Below, piece by piece: positions 26,530 through 39,249 of a DNA stretch of 64,000 bases. The notes beneath the pieces are model-generated. The model had not been told where the DNA came from. It was given only the letters and a program-made list of their open reading frames with translations, and did no database searches. The stretch covers positions 44,268,001 through 44,332,000 of the forward strand of contig JANJGN010000002.1 in assembly GCA_026770705.1 (NCBI GenBank), in the 5' to 3' direction. How positions within the stretch are numbered: the stretch's first letter is position 1; the number at the start of each line of letters is the position of its first letter. The position numbers and the translations under genes were made by a program. This DNA is from Isurus oxyrinchus. Taxonomy: Eukaryota.

Positions 26530-26880
26530 CCTAAATATCAGTTTTAAATTCATCTTTTAACTGGCTTAAATCTAATAGCTTGGTCAAAGAGGTGGGTTTT
26601 AAGGAAGAGAGGGAGGTGCTGGGTTTAGACAAGGAATTCCAGCAGGGAGACGGAGAGACAGATGGGTTTAGAGAGGGAACTCCAAACCATGTAGCCAAGA
26701 TATGTGTGAAAGCCAATGGTAGGTTGAGGGAAGAGGGTGATGCACAAAAGACAAGGGTCAGGTAAAGAGAGTTTGGGCTGAGGAGATTAGAGAGATTGGC
26801 AGGGATGACGCCTGGAAATAACTTAAACATTAAGATGAGAATTTTAAGTTGGATGTGTTGGGGAACTGGGTGGGGGGTGG
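26530..26880 (-). mobile_element. L2-like LINE 3' fragment
   Basis: Minus peptide PVPQHIQLKILILMFKLFPGVIPANLSNLL resembles the L2 ORF2 C-terminus (..FKIL.L.FK.L.GL.P.YLS.LL). Confidence 0.65.
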
Positions 26881-27606
26881 AGGGTGGTGGTGGTGGCCTG
26901 TGTAGGTTTAGCAACTATAACAGTGATAGCCCTCCTTGTAGTGAGAGTACAGAAATTGACAGTTATCTTGTGACTTTGGAGGAAACTCGATGCCACATTT
27001 TTGGTTCAAACAAAATAGACAATGATTACAGGTGAGCTGTATTGGACATCCTGGAGTTGTATGTTGGACATTTTGGGGAGTGTAGAGTGAACAGTTGAAA
27101 TTTTTATCATGGAGCAACCAACTCTCCAAGATAAACAGGATGGTTTTGAAGTATTATAAGAGTAAAACCTAGATCCTCTCATACTTTGATGTCCAAGTAT
27201 TACATATAAGAAATGCTTGTGCATGGGAATAAGTGACAACAATGATGTCAGCTATGCCTGATTAAGGTGTAACTTTCATGGACATGGTAAGCATAGATGA
27301 TAGGTTCCATTAACCATAGTATACAAAGATAACAACCTGTTCTTCAAAGTAGTTAAAAGCAGTTTGGTCAGGAAGACTTGTTTGAGGGAAGTAGCTTTCG
27401 AAAAAATGCTACAACCTTTACAAGAATGAGTTTGTCTTCGAAAAGATTTTAGAACAAATGTGTCATGTTCCCTTTTCTATGACTTGTAGCTTTGATGTAG
27501 GCAAAAGAAGCATGGCTTTCAATAGGTTTCAGAGAGCTTACAAAATATAGGAACTGAAAAGCTGCTATCCATGTCTAGTTGATTACTCAAACTAGATATC
27601 AATATA

Positions 27607-29203
27607 GAGATAAAAGCAAAGAACTGCAGGTGCTGGAAATTCAAAACAAAAACAGAAACAGAAATACCTGGAAAAACTCAGCAGGTCTGGCAGCATCGGC
27701 GGAGAAGAGCACAGTTGACGTTTTGAGTCCTCATGACCCTTCAACAGAACTAAGTAAAAATAGGAAAGGGGTGAAATATAAGCTGGTTTAGGGGGGGAGG
27801 GTGCGGGTTGTTGGGACAAGCAGCCAGTAATAGGTGGAGATAACCAAAAGATGTCACAGACAAAAGGACAAAGAGGTGATAAAGGTGGTGATATTATCTA
27901 AAGGAATGTGCTAATTAAGAGTTGAGAGCAGGACAGACAAGGTACAGGTAGCTCTAGTAGGGGTGAGGTGAAGGAATACTAAACGGGCGAAAAGGTAGAG
28001 ATAAACAATGGGTGGAAATACATTTAAAACAATGGAAATAGGTGGGAAAAGAAAATTCTATATAAATTATTGGAAAAAACAAAAAGGAGGGGGAAGAAAC
28101 GGAAAGAGGGTGGGGATGGAGGAGAGAGTTCAAGATCTAAAATTGTTGAACTCAATATTCAGTCCGGAAGGCTGTAAAGTGCCTAGTCGGAAGATGAGGT
28201 GCTGTTCCTCCAGTTTGCGTTGAGCTTCACTGGAACAATGCAGCAAGCCAAGGACAGACATGTGGGCATGAGAGCAGGGTGGAGTGTTAAAATGGCAAGC
28301 GACAGGGAGGTCTGGGTAATGCTTGAGAACAGACTGAAGGTGTTCTGCAAAGCAGTCACCCAGTCTGCGTTTGGTCTCTCCAATGTAGAGGAAACTGCAC
28401 TGGGAGCAACGAATGCAGCATATTAAGTTGAGGGAAGTGCAAGTGCGGTTTCATCTACATTGGAGAGACCAAATACAGACTAGGTGACCGCTTTGCAGAA
28501 CAACTTCGGTCTGTCCGCAAGCATTACCCAGACCTCCCTGTTGCTTGCCATTTCAACACTCCACCCTGCTCTCTTGCCCACATGTCTGTCCTTGGCTTGC
28601 TGCATTGTTCCAGTAAAGCTCAACGCAAACTGGAGGAACAGCACCTCATTTTCCGACTAGGCACTTTACAGCCTTCCGGACTGAATATTGAGTTCAACAA
28701 TTTTAGATCTTGAACTCTCTCCTCCATCCCCACCCCCTTTCCGTTTCTTCCCCCTCCTTTTTGTTTTTTCCAATAATTTATATAGAATTTTCTTTTCCCA
28801 CCTATTTCCATTATTTTTAAATGTATTTCCACCCATTGTTTATCTCTACCTTTTAGCCCTTTTAGTATTCCATTACCCCACCCCCATTAGAGCTATCTGT
28901 ACCTTGTCTTTCCTGCTCTCTACTCTTATTAGCACATTCCTTTAGATAATATCACCACCTTCAACACCTCTTTGTCCTTTTGTCTGTGACATCTTTTAGC
29001 TATCTCCACCTATTACTGGCTGCTTGTCCCAACAACACCACCCCCCAACCAACCTTTAAACCAGCTTATATTTCACCCCTTTCCTATTTTTACTTAGTTG
29101 TGTTGAAGGGTCATGAGGACTCAAAACGTTAACTGTGCTCTTCTCCACCAATGCTGCCAGACCTGCTGAGTTTTTCCAGGTATTTCTGTTTCTGTTTTTG
29201 TTT
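27607..29203. mobile_element. Penelope-like retroelement insertion: two 5'-truncated copies in inverted orientation
   Basis: Plus arm from ~28450 encodes YIGETKYRLGDRFAEQLRSVRKHYPDLPVACHFN..QRKLEEQHLIFRLGTLQPSGLNIEFNNF (GIY-YIG endonuclease C-terminal half); minus arm ~27646-28445 is its diverged reverse complement; flanking TAGATATCAATATA (27593) / TAGATCTCAATATA (29204). Confidence 0.9.
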
Positions 29204-29614
29204 TAGATCTCAATATATTCTGTTCCATTTACTCCATCATCAAGTGTCACATGCTTACTTGAAACATGTGGTTGTGGAGAACAAAAGTAGCTGAATGCTA
29301 ACAAGCAGGGTCTGGTACTGGATAGGAAATAGACATCAGAGTTTTGAATTAACTTAAATTTAGGGCTCATGGTGGATGGGAGGTCAAGTCTGCAGGTGAC
29401 AAAGGATAAAGGATTCAAGAGCAGATGGGTGGGCAATATTATAAAGGTGAAAGTAGGCAGTCTTTGTGATGAGACTATATGAAGGTGCAAGATCTACTCG
29501 GGGTTGAATGGAAGATGAAATTAATGTAGGAAAAGGTAAAATATTACACTAGAAGGAAAATACCAACATACTCCATGAATTGTGTTAAAATATCTAAGGA
29601 TTGGGTTTAAGAGG

Positions 29615-29885
29615 ATGTCTTGTGGCGCAGTGGGTAACGTCCCTACTTCTGAGCCAGAAGCTCCGGGTTTGAGTCCCACTCCAAGATTTGATGGTCACAG
29701 AAGGTGCGTTCATAATGTGGCCAAATGGGTTGTTATCAATCTGCAAATCCTTCCAGTTATGGCAGGTGGCAAGAGCGGGAGAGCCTCCTGGTAAGCCATG
29801 CTTCATGTGGAGTGGGATCCCCCTCAAGCTATGGCCCCTGGCTTCAGGTTAGTGACCTGTTCCAGGAAAAACAAACTACAAAAAC
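29615..29885 (+). mobile_element. tRNA-derived SINE
   Basis: Box A TGGCGCAGTGG and box B-like GGGTTTGAGTCCC; A-rich end. Confidence 0.7.
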
Positions 29886-29929
29886 AGATATAAGCATGTG
29901 CTCATATGTCACTAGATGTGTGGAAGCCT

Positions 29930-30590
29930 ACAAAGAAGATTGGGTCTAAAGAAACCTAAGGATTCAGTTGACTCAATGCACAACATATCTAATGCAAAGC
30001 TGCAATCAACAAAGATAACACAATGTTGGACTACACAACTAATACAGTAGAATATAAATTGGCGGGAATTGTGATCAATCTGTACAATACTCTGGACAAA
30101 CCACATTTTAAGTACTCTGTCTGTTTTGGGCTGCCAAGAAAAAAAGGAGCCATTCAATTGTTAAAGGCAGAACAGGGAAGAGCCAAGAGGCTGATTTCTA
30201 TTGTCTAAATAATGAGAAGGATCTGGAGAGACTTGGAAAGGAAGCATCTAGGATGTGATCTTAGAGAGGAGTATAAGATAGTAAATGGTATAGAAAAAGT
30301 TAATCCAGGATATTATGTTAAATTAAGCAGTAAGGGTATGATAGAGGGCACAGTTTCAAAATAGCGCAAGATAATTTTAGGGCTGACATCAGGAGGTGCT
30401 TCTTCACACAGATAGTGGTCAATAATTGGAATGGAAATCTCACGCAGGACAATGGAGACAAAATCCCCTGGAATCATTTAAGAAACAGTCTTTTATTAAG
30501 TACCAATGGGGGGGTGGGCATGTGTAGGTCTCTTCTGAATGGGTGAATTAAGATGAGCCAAATGGTGACCTTTCTTATCTGTAGGAATCT
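29930..30590 (+). mobile_element. CR1 LINE 3' fragment, old
   Basis: Peptide VEYKLAGIVINLYNTLDKPHFKYSVCFGLP resembles the CR1 EYK..EV...LY.TLVRPHLEY.VQFW.P motif. Confidence 0.75.
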
Positions 30591-31699
30591 CATAATCTTG
30601 TGGTGCAATAACTTCAGTGAAAAAATGATGGATTCCTGGCCAACATGCCTGAGTAAAGCCCCATGATTGTATATTTTAACTTGGCTAACCTTTAAGGGAA
30701 AATGTTAATGGTTCTGTCAGACAGTCAGATGGAGTGCACTGTGGTGCAAAGAAGCATGCTGAAGGATAGGAAGATTGATAGGAATGGCTATTCTCTCCTA
30801 CAAAGCCAACAGGTTTGTTTAACTGGTGACACGGAGTTCAATGGAAGCACTGACTAATGGCAAGAGGTTAGAAAGCAATAAACAGATATATTGCTTTCAA
30901 AATTTAATTTAGAAAAAAACAGACCAGCTTTATTGAAAAGGGCGCTTGGAGGGTGGGGGAAAACAGAGAAAGGGATGCTAGAGGGAACAATTTCAGGCAA
31001 CAAAAGAACTATGCTCAGCAATTATTAAACCTGATTTGAACTATGGTCAGATACTAAAAAGAAAATTAAACATTAGTGTTATTAGCACACAGACCAACTA
31101 GTTAAAGCCATCTCATTCTTTTCTGCACTACACAAAATGAATCCCAGCCTTTAACAGTCATGAAGACTGTGCAAGAGAATGGGCGGAATCTTGCCTTTCT
31201 GTTATAAGTTCTGTGGTGGGATAAGAAAGTCAGAGTGATTCCCGCCACAGAGCAGGGTGGGCTTTTATGCGCAACCATGTGCTCCCCACCTCATTAATTA
31301 TACATGCACTTGTTCTGCGTTGAGTCTCGTGGTGGGGCAGGCAGGAATTCGGGTGCCCCAGCATCATGTCCTGGCACCATATTTCAAAGGCACCTGGACA
31401 ACCCTTCACTCATGGGAAGAAGGAAAGGATGCGCAGAAGGAGGCAGCAAGCCACGCTCTCCGCTTCAGCGACACATCTCTCGAGCATCTCCTGGAGGCAG
31501 TGCAAGAAAGGTCTTCTTCCCCAGGGATGGGACACAAGGAGCCATCCCAGCTGACCACTGCAGCCTGGGAGGACATAGCCAGAACGGTCAGCACCCATGG
31601 GGTACGGAAGACGACCAGCCTGCAGTGCAGAAAAAGGGTCAATGATTTAATCGCGCCGCTGGGTAACTGAACCCTCTGCCCTTCAAAGCCATCTCACCA

Positions 31700-32255
31700 C
31701 ATCTCTGTTTGTCTCATGGGACCTGGGTGTCACCGGCAAGGCCAACATTTCTCTTGCCCATCCCTAAATGGGCTGCTGCCTTATAGAACCCCTGCACTCA
31801 TGTCCTGTGCTATTAGCAAGGGAACTGCAGGATTTTCCCCCAGCCACAGTGAAACCAAAGGGTGTAAAGTAAAGGGCAACTTCTAGGTGCTGGTGCTCCC
31901 ATGCACCTGCTGTCCTTGTCCTAGCTGGTAGAGCTCGCGGGGTTGGAGGGTGCTGTTGAACAAGCCTTGGTGGCTTGCTGCAGTGCATCTTGTACATGGT
32001 ACACGCTGCTGCCACTGTGCACAGGTAGTGGAGGGAGTGAATGTTGAGGGTGCTGGATGGTGTGCCAATCAAGCGGATTGCAATGTCTTGGGTGGTGTCC
32101 AGCTTCCTGAGTGTTCTTGGAGCTGCACTCATCCAGGCAGCTGGAGACTATTCCATCTCACTCCCCATTTGTGCCATGCACGTGGTGGTCAGGTTTTGAG
32201 GAGTCATGAGGTCAGTTAGCAACCACAGATTTAGCAGCCTGCGACCTACTCTTTC
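31700..32255 (-). mobile_element. CR1/L2-group LINE 3' fragment nested in the Harbinger element
   Basis: Peptide SAAPRTLRKLDTTQDIAIRLIGTPSSTLNIHSLHY.CTVAAACTMYKMHC; homologous to 50380-50850. Confidence 0.8.
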
Positions 32256-34679
32256 ATCATATGTACTCAAAATCCATCTGTCTGTCTTTATGCAGGAGAA
32301 GGCAACCCACAACAGGAGGGAGAGAGAGAAACCAGGAGGGGGGATGCCCTGAGCTCTGGCCCCTCATACAATTTGAACAACAGGCTGCCGAGCTGGCAGG
32401 GGTAGACTGTGACTGTGCCTGTGCCGATGGTGAGGTCAGCATCCCCCAAGCATCTAGCGAGAAAACATGCATAATCCAGACTACCTCAGGAAATCAAGGT
32501 GATTGATAAATGCCAAGTTTGAGCCATCCTTGGCAGTCACTCATCCTCTCCTCTCTCCATTCTAGGTGCCAGCAGGAAGAGGGTGAGGCCAGCCCCTGCA
32601 CCAGAATATGCTCCAGCCCCCAGAACTTTTCACCTGTACAGCCGTCACAGCATTCACCTGCACCTTCCATCAGCTCAGAGGCACACACCTCGGTAGCTCA
32701 TATATCTAGGTTAGGCTCGGGCTCTGGTGATCACTGCACAGATACGTGTCTACATCAGGAGGAGGCAGTGACAGTCAAGGTCTCTGGCACTCAGACAATT
32801 GCTGGAGTCTGAGTCAGATAACGAGTCTCTGGAAATGACCATGGAGAGGATGCTGGAGTGTCAGTGAGACACGGAGAACATCAGGCAGATGTGTCAGAGG
32901 CCCTCAACAGAGTGGTACGTGAAGCAGTGTCTGCCAATGTGCTCTCTGATGTCATGGCTCTGACATGTGAGCACATCGAAATCTCCACGGGCAGGATGCC
33001 AGATGCTGTGCAGAACCTGGTTCAGAAGAACGCCCGGTTTCTGCCGGAGATGTGCTCAGATCTGCACTCCATTTCTGTAGGGTGAGCTTTTGCAGTGGCT
33101 ATGCAAGAGGGGGACAGGTGCCCCTTCTCTTCAAGGAGTCAGGGAGGAGCCCTCAGCCATCCAAATGGAGAAGAAGCGTCAGGCAGACACCCCAGGGGCA
33201 TCCACCCAGTAATCTCCAAGGGTGTCCAGACGTTCCCAATCCCCTCTGCCTGCGACCTCATCGGCTCAAGCTGCTTAGACTAAGGAAGGTGCACCTCTCC
33301 CTGAGCAGGAGACCCAAAGCAGGCCGAGGCCCTCCAGGCCTCACCCTCCAGAGGGCGCCCGCCAAAGTCATCACAGACAACAGGGCATGGTAGTCAGCAG
33401 GCTGCCTCCTTCTCTGCTGTGGCTGTCAGGGAAGCACCTAAACATAGTGATAGAGTAAGGAAAATTAAAAAGTACAGAATTAGCAATGGTGGCACGGATG
33501 TTCAATCATTGTAAATAGTTTTTACATTCCCAAATATATGCTATGTTGCACTGTTTAGAAGTCTCCTGGATTCATTCTTGCTGCTAGTCATTATAAAGAT
33601 CGTGCCCACTCAACCTCTTCCGGGTTGGACCAAGGATGGGTCTTCCTTCCCATAATACGTGGCTGCACATGGAGGCATCACTCTTTGACAAGCATGATAA
33701 CTGCCATGTGTGAGAGGCCTCCCACTCACACAATTCCGCTTGCACCCACGGCCTTCAGGGCTCTATGGATAGACCTTGTCATAACGAAAAGACTAACCAC
33801 ATGAACCCATGTCAGGTAGGTTCATCACCTCAGGAGGATAGAGGTTTGCAGCCACGACTTGGCTGTCAATTACTTGCATGCCCCTTGTAGGCATCCCCCT
33901 CCCTCCATTCCCCCAACCATTCTTCCCTAACTCTGCCTGGAGCAGATATGGCCAATGGTTCAGAGTGAACGTCAGCTCTGCACCTTGATGGAATCTCGTT
34001 GTCATGAGAACCCTCTGGGCCAGACCTGCTGCCATGTGGACTTCACCAAACAGTGAGGAATATCAAATGAGAAAGCTCTCTTACATTCTCCACATGATTA
34101 TTAGCATTTCCCTTTAGTTGCCCAGTTGTGCTGACCTTTAATTGCACCCACCTGAGCACGCTCTCCCCCTACCCCAATGCTTTGTACCTTGGACATTGAA
34201 GGAGTTGCCTTGGTCTGGAGCAGGAGTTGTCTCAGGATGGTGCGAGTTTCATTTCAACCTGTCTCCACCATATTTTACTCTCCCCCTGTCACCCACCAAC
34301 TACCCCCCATCATTGTTGACACCCCTGATGTCACCTTCACTCTCACATCAGTAACCTTTTAGCTTTCCCGCATCACCCTGGACCCTATCACTGTTAACCT
34401 GCATATGCCTTCCCTCCCCACTGAGCTCACCCCAGTCACTGTTCCTATGCCCACCCTGATCGTCTCTACTCCTGTGATCTGTGTCACCATCTCTGCCCCC
34501 CTCAATGAACCCCCCAGATAAGAACAATACCCACCATACCCGGAACCTGACCCTCCCACCCTACCGCGTCCCACTTCCCCTTCTCACAGTCACTGTCCCC
34601 TCATATCACCAGCACCCTCAGTTCTCCCCGCAGATTTCTGATTTGACTGACCTCTCCCTTGAAGCACTCTAGCCTCACC

Positions 34680-34880
34680 CACCTCCACTCCCTTCCCCAT
34701 CCCTTTCATGCCTTCCTCCCTTCCCCTTCCCCTCATGCCTTCCTCCCTCCCTCTTCCCCTTAATGCCTTCCTCCTTCCCCCTTTCCCTTCATGCCTTCCT
34801 TCCAACTCACTCCATCCAGACTCCCCCATCTTGTTCTCCTCTGCCCTTCTCTTCTTCTCTTCTGCCCACTTCTTCTCTTC
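34680..34880. repeat. Polypyrimidine low-complexity repeat
   Basis: ATGCCTTC(C)TCCC(T).. units repeated ~4 times in a nearly pure C/T tract. Confidence 0.7.
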
Positions 34881-36901
34881 TAAACCCACCATCCCCCCAC
34901 TTCATGTTTTCCACACGCATCATACATGTGGCCAGCTCCAGTGGTATAGCCAGCTTCAACTCTAAGGGAGAAGTTTTAAAATTCTCCCTTGCCAGGTGCA
35001 TGCCACGGATGACTGGTTGGGTTAAAGAACAGCGTAAATTCCCTCTGGCAGGTTGAAAGGTTTGACGGGGGCACATGATTCTGGTCTGTTGGGGTGTTAA
35101 TGAGCCTGCATGAGATGAAAAGTGGGTTCCTACCGGGCTTCAGTGGGAGACCCAATCTGCCATCAACCTGGACATTGGAAGGGGTGGTCCCGACTTGGTT
35201 TCCCGACATTGGGAAACTGATTTTTTGCCCCCCGCCACGAGTCCTGCTGATGATGGGGGGGTGGTGTGGGGGGGATGATTCCGCCCTCTGGATTGGAATA
35301 GTAGCAAATGTGACATATGTATCATAAAGTTTATTGCAAAAATATCAGAGGTGGCTTTAAGGTCCTGACCAATGCAAGGAAACAGGAACAAACCACTAGT
35401 ATTAACTTTCAAACATTGACTCATTTGATCCCTAGGTATGCATATGTATGGGGCTGTGGGGAAGGTGGTAGTTTGGGGGGGGGTGGGGTGAGCCAGGGGG
35501 GCTGGGGGTGCAGGAAGGGGGTGGTAGAATCTCCACTTTAGCACCAGTTGACTCCACTCAACAGTAACTTGACTGCATTTTAAACCTTTGACTTCTGTGT
35601 TTACAATTAGCTACAAAAAGGATCTCCTCCCCTTTATGTTCCAGAAACAAAATGTTAGTAAAGTCTCATTAGAAAATGTGAAGAACCCACAACTCCCATG
35701 ATGGTCTGTGCTTACAGCTGAACAGTTTGTACATCCACATTAATTCAAGCAATGGATGATCTTGGCACTGGTACCAGAGAAATGTGCCAGACAACCAAGC
35801 AGCATTTATTTTAAATGCAAACACCATATACCTCATGCCTGCTTACTGACATTTATCTGAGCAGTTAGCAGATATGGAATAAACTGTGTATAAAATTTGA
35901 AAGTATAGTAAAAAGAACCCTAAATGTTCATAATGTGCCTTGAGCACAAATGCCAGAAGATTAAATATAATTTTGGGGCATGGGGAAGAAAGTTTGAGGG
36001 AGCAGGTTCTCTTATTCCCTGCAGTCCTGAAGCCACTCCTTTTTGCTGAGAAGTAAGTGGGAATTATTCACATATTTCTTGTTGGTGAACTGTGCAGATT
36101 TCACAGCTAAACCTGTCCTGATGTACCATCGATACTTCCTGCAAGGAATGTGGAATAGCACAGGGCCTTGTCCTTGAGAGGCTCCTCCTGGGGGGAATGG
36201 GGTGTTCATGGCCTGAAAGTCACAGTGATGTATTTACTGCCCCATTCCCACTCATTTTTGCTCACTCTTACTTTGGGTTTTTTCCACTGCGGCCCAGGCG
36301 GCCTATTTCAGCTGGGAGCCTACTTATACTACATTAATTGGGGTCCAATAAAGTAGATATCTCCCCAGTGTAATTTTGAGGTCACAATGGATTCAGCATT
36401 CACTGGGTATGTTCCGTTCATTGGTACCCAGGCTAACCTGTGGTCCTTATAACAGCCACTACAGGACCATCAGGAAGGTGTAAATTGCAGATAAAACTTC
36501 TGGCTCAGCTTTGTATGTTGGAGCTGTGAGAAGTCCTGCTCCTCCCAGCCAGCAAGCTGTCTGTGAGCACCGTGGTTCTGGGCCATCAAAATGGTTCACA
36601 CTTTGTGGGAAGCACTTCAAGCAGGCCACGGAACCAACCTTCCCACACTGTCTACCTGAAGTCCACCCAAACTCAAAAGCCCAGATTTTCACCCTGATGG
36701 AGAGGTTCCTTCATCTGCAAAAGAACCTTAAGGAAGTAGGAACGGTAATTACAAAAATAATTTTAGCAATTTTTTTTTAGTAGCAACCAAAATTTCAGCT
36801 CCTCACCTAGGAATAATTTCCAGGATGAACATTTTGACTTTTACGCCTGTGATTTATATGCCCAGAGATTTGTCCCTAACCTAAATCTCAACTGCCTAGT
36901 C

Positions 36902-37552
36902 CAGGGGTCTGCAACATGATGCCATGCTTTAACATCTCGTTTGAGGCTCCCAAACTTTTCCAATTGGATTGCATTAGCATGAAAAAAGCCTAAAAGAATT
37001 AAATCGAGAAAAGTAAAAGCCGTGTTTTATTGTGGGGAAGCTAATCATTATGCTGTATTTTACGGTTTTAAATGATTATTTTAATGAAAATCTGTTTGAG
37101 TGGTATAACTGCCATATGGTTATAGATAATGCCTTTGATTCAAGATGCAGGTTTTCTGGTTGTGATCATTATTGTTTCTAATATAGCTGAGATGATAAAT
37201 TATTCAGAATATGCTATTAGTAGATTGTTTTAATGGGAGAATCAATAGCTGAAAACATTACCTTAATTCTATGCATCTTAAGCTAAAAGAAAACTTTACC
37301 GACAAAATTACAGTAAACAAAATCAAAAACATGATAATTCAGAGTTAGGTCTATTTTAATTTCAATTCTTTTCTATTGGTATATAAATTCAGTACATCTT
37401 ATTTATTATGTATGCAAATTATACATTCTACTGGAGACACTCAGCAATTTGCCAAGTATTTGCTTTAGAAATGCTAATTATTTGTCTTTTTTATTTTAGG
37501 CAATTTCTTTAAAAGAAGGCTCTTCAGGTAAAGAAAGGGTTGCCAGCTCCTG
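36902..37552. mobile_element. Non-autonomous hAT (Charlie-like) element
   Basis: Ends CAGGGGTCTGCAAC / GTTGCCAGCTCCTG; 8-bp TSD GCCTAGTC (36894-36901) / GCCTAGCC (37553-37560) with central TA; AT-rich interior. Confidence 0.75.
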
Positions 37553-37971
37553 GCCTAGCCTTTGGCCCGCTGTTTGCCATAATCATTTTGTAGGCTGCTT
37601 AACCACTGCTTCACCTTTGGTGCCCTTGTCCACAGAAATCTGTTACTCTCAATCATCTTTGTTGATCCCCCTGGTATAATCCCCATTGATCCTTCAAGTC
37701 CAAAGGCTCTGACTCAGAAATGAGTAAATCTGGCACACAACAGACATAGGCATCCTTCATCAAATCAAGTGCTTTACATCGGGCTATACTTTCCACTGCG
37801 AAAACCACATCTTACTCCGGGATCATCCCGGACAGCAAAATCGCTCTCACCACTTCTTTTCTCCATTACCAAGTGTCTCCTTAAACCACTCTCCCTTGCC
37901 CCTCCACTCTTATTTTTAACAACAAATACAATAAGCTCATGAGCTATTATATCACTGAGATTGAGACCAAC

Positions 37972-39240
37972 GGTGGAATCTTATCACTTTAGTCTCTGGA
38001 TCAGCAGGCTTTCCGGTTGCTATTTGCCTGAGAAATGCAATTGCAGCTTCTTGACCACCAATTAGGGAGGGCAGGCAGGACAACATGGTCATTTTATCAA
38101 AAGAAGGACTTCTGTTTAAAGGGACCACAGCATCTTGGATTTTTCAGGCTGCAGCTCCCACAGGGATGGTGAGGAGACCAATGAAGGCTGGAATCTGGAT
38201 CTCCTATTCTTATCTGGTGGTCCGGCTGAGGGAGCTGAGGAGCTGCAATGAGGTGAGCTTTCGCAAGGGAAGGAGGAGGGAGGGCAGCCTTTCCAACCTA
38301 GCAGGCATAGGTGGAAGTGGCCAAGGCAGTGAAAAGCAGGAGTGTGCCCCTCCAACCTGGAGACAGGGATGGGCCTCCAGTGACAGGCACCTTGTTGGCC
38401 ATTGGCAATGTGTATCTGCCTGGTCCACTGGGAAAGCGATCTTTTCCTATGAGGCCACAGATGTCAGTTATGCGATGCTATGAGAGCCTAAACCTCCTGA
38501 AGCATTGGTTCTCAGACATGCTAAGGGCACTGGTCGTCTGCCTATAGACCCTGTGTTGGTGGATTTTGCTTCCTTCCACCTGGACCTCTGTACCTATCCT
38601 CTGCCCTGTGGAGGAGCATGTAGCTGAGGAGAAGGCAGCTGGTGCTGCTGCTGGTGTTGCTTCTGTTGCTGCTGGGGCAGCTGGTGGTGGTGTAGCCTCT
38701 GTCACTACCCTTCAGCAGAGATGGACAGTGGAGCTGCAAAAGCTGCTCCCATGTCACTCAGAAGACTGGCAGTAGAAATTTGCAACTGAAGGTGAGCGAA
38801 CTTCTGGATAAGTGAAGTGCCTTCCAAGAATTTGACAATCACCTGTAAAGCACTCCTAACAGAATAGCAGCCACTTGCCTGGCCATGGCCAGATCTTTTC
38901 AATGTAACTGATCAAACCCTTCCCAGCCTGTCAGTTTCACTGAGGAAGTCCTTTCAGCTGTGCACTTGCCTTCTCTAACCTTCCGGTTTGGAGGCACAGC
39001 ATGGAACTCCTGCACTATTGGGAAAGAGGAAATCCATGTGCAAAATCCCTCTTAACTACCTTAAACACTTCAATTGCCTTCCCACCTCAGCCACTGGGGC
39101 TTCTGATTCCACTACCAACCCTCCCCAGGAAAGATGGAACAAGGGGAAACACATTGGGATACTGGCCCTATGACATTTTCTGCAATTTTCCTGACCCCTC
39201 CCCATCTCCAAACCTGCCTCACCTGGCCTGGAAAAACTGC
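37972..39240 (-). mobile_element. Harbinger derivative with a decayed HARBI1-like transposase N-terminus
   Basis: Minus peptides HRVYRQTTSALSMSENQCFRRFRLS and ICGLIGKD..LPMANKV; GGTGGAATCTT.. left end. Splits an L2 remnant. Confidence 0.55.
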
Positions 39241-39249
39241 ACTCCAACT

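Larger units (their letters stand above)
31181..35286 (+). mobile_element. PIF/Harbinger derivative carrying a decayed Myb/SANT-like (ORF1-type) gene
   Basis: TIRs GGGCGGAATC (31181) / GATTCCGCCC (35277-35286); peptide RFSDTSLEHLLEAVQ..AWEDIARTVST.GV.KTTSLQCRKRVNDL at ~31450-31655; later exon-like EKATHNRRERE.PGGG after TTTATGCAG (32296). Confidence 0.8.
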
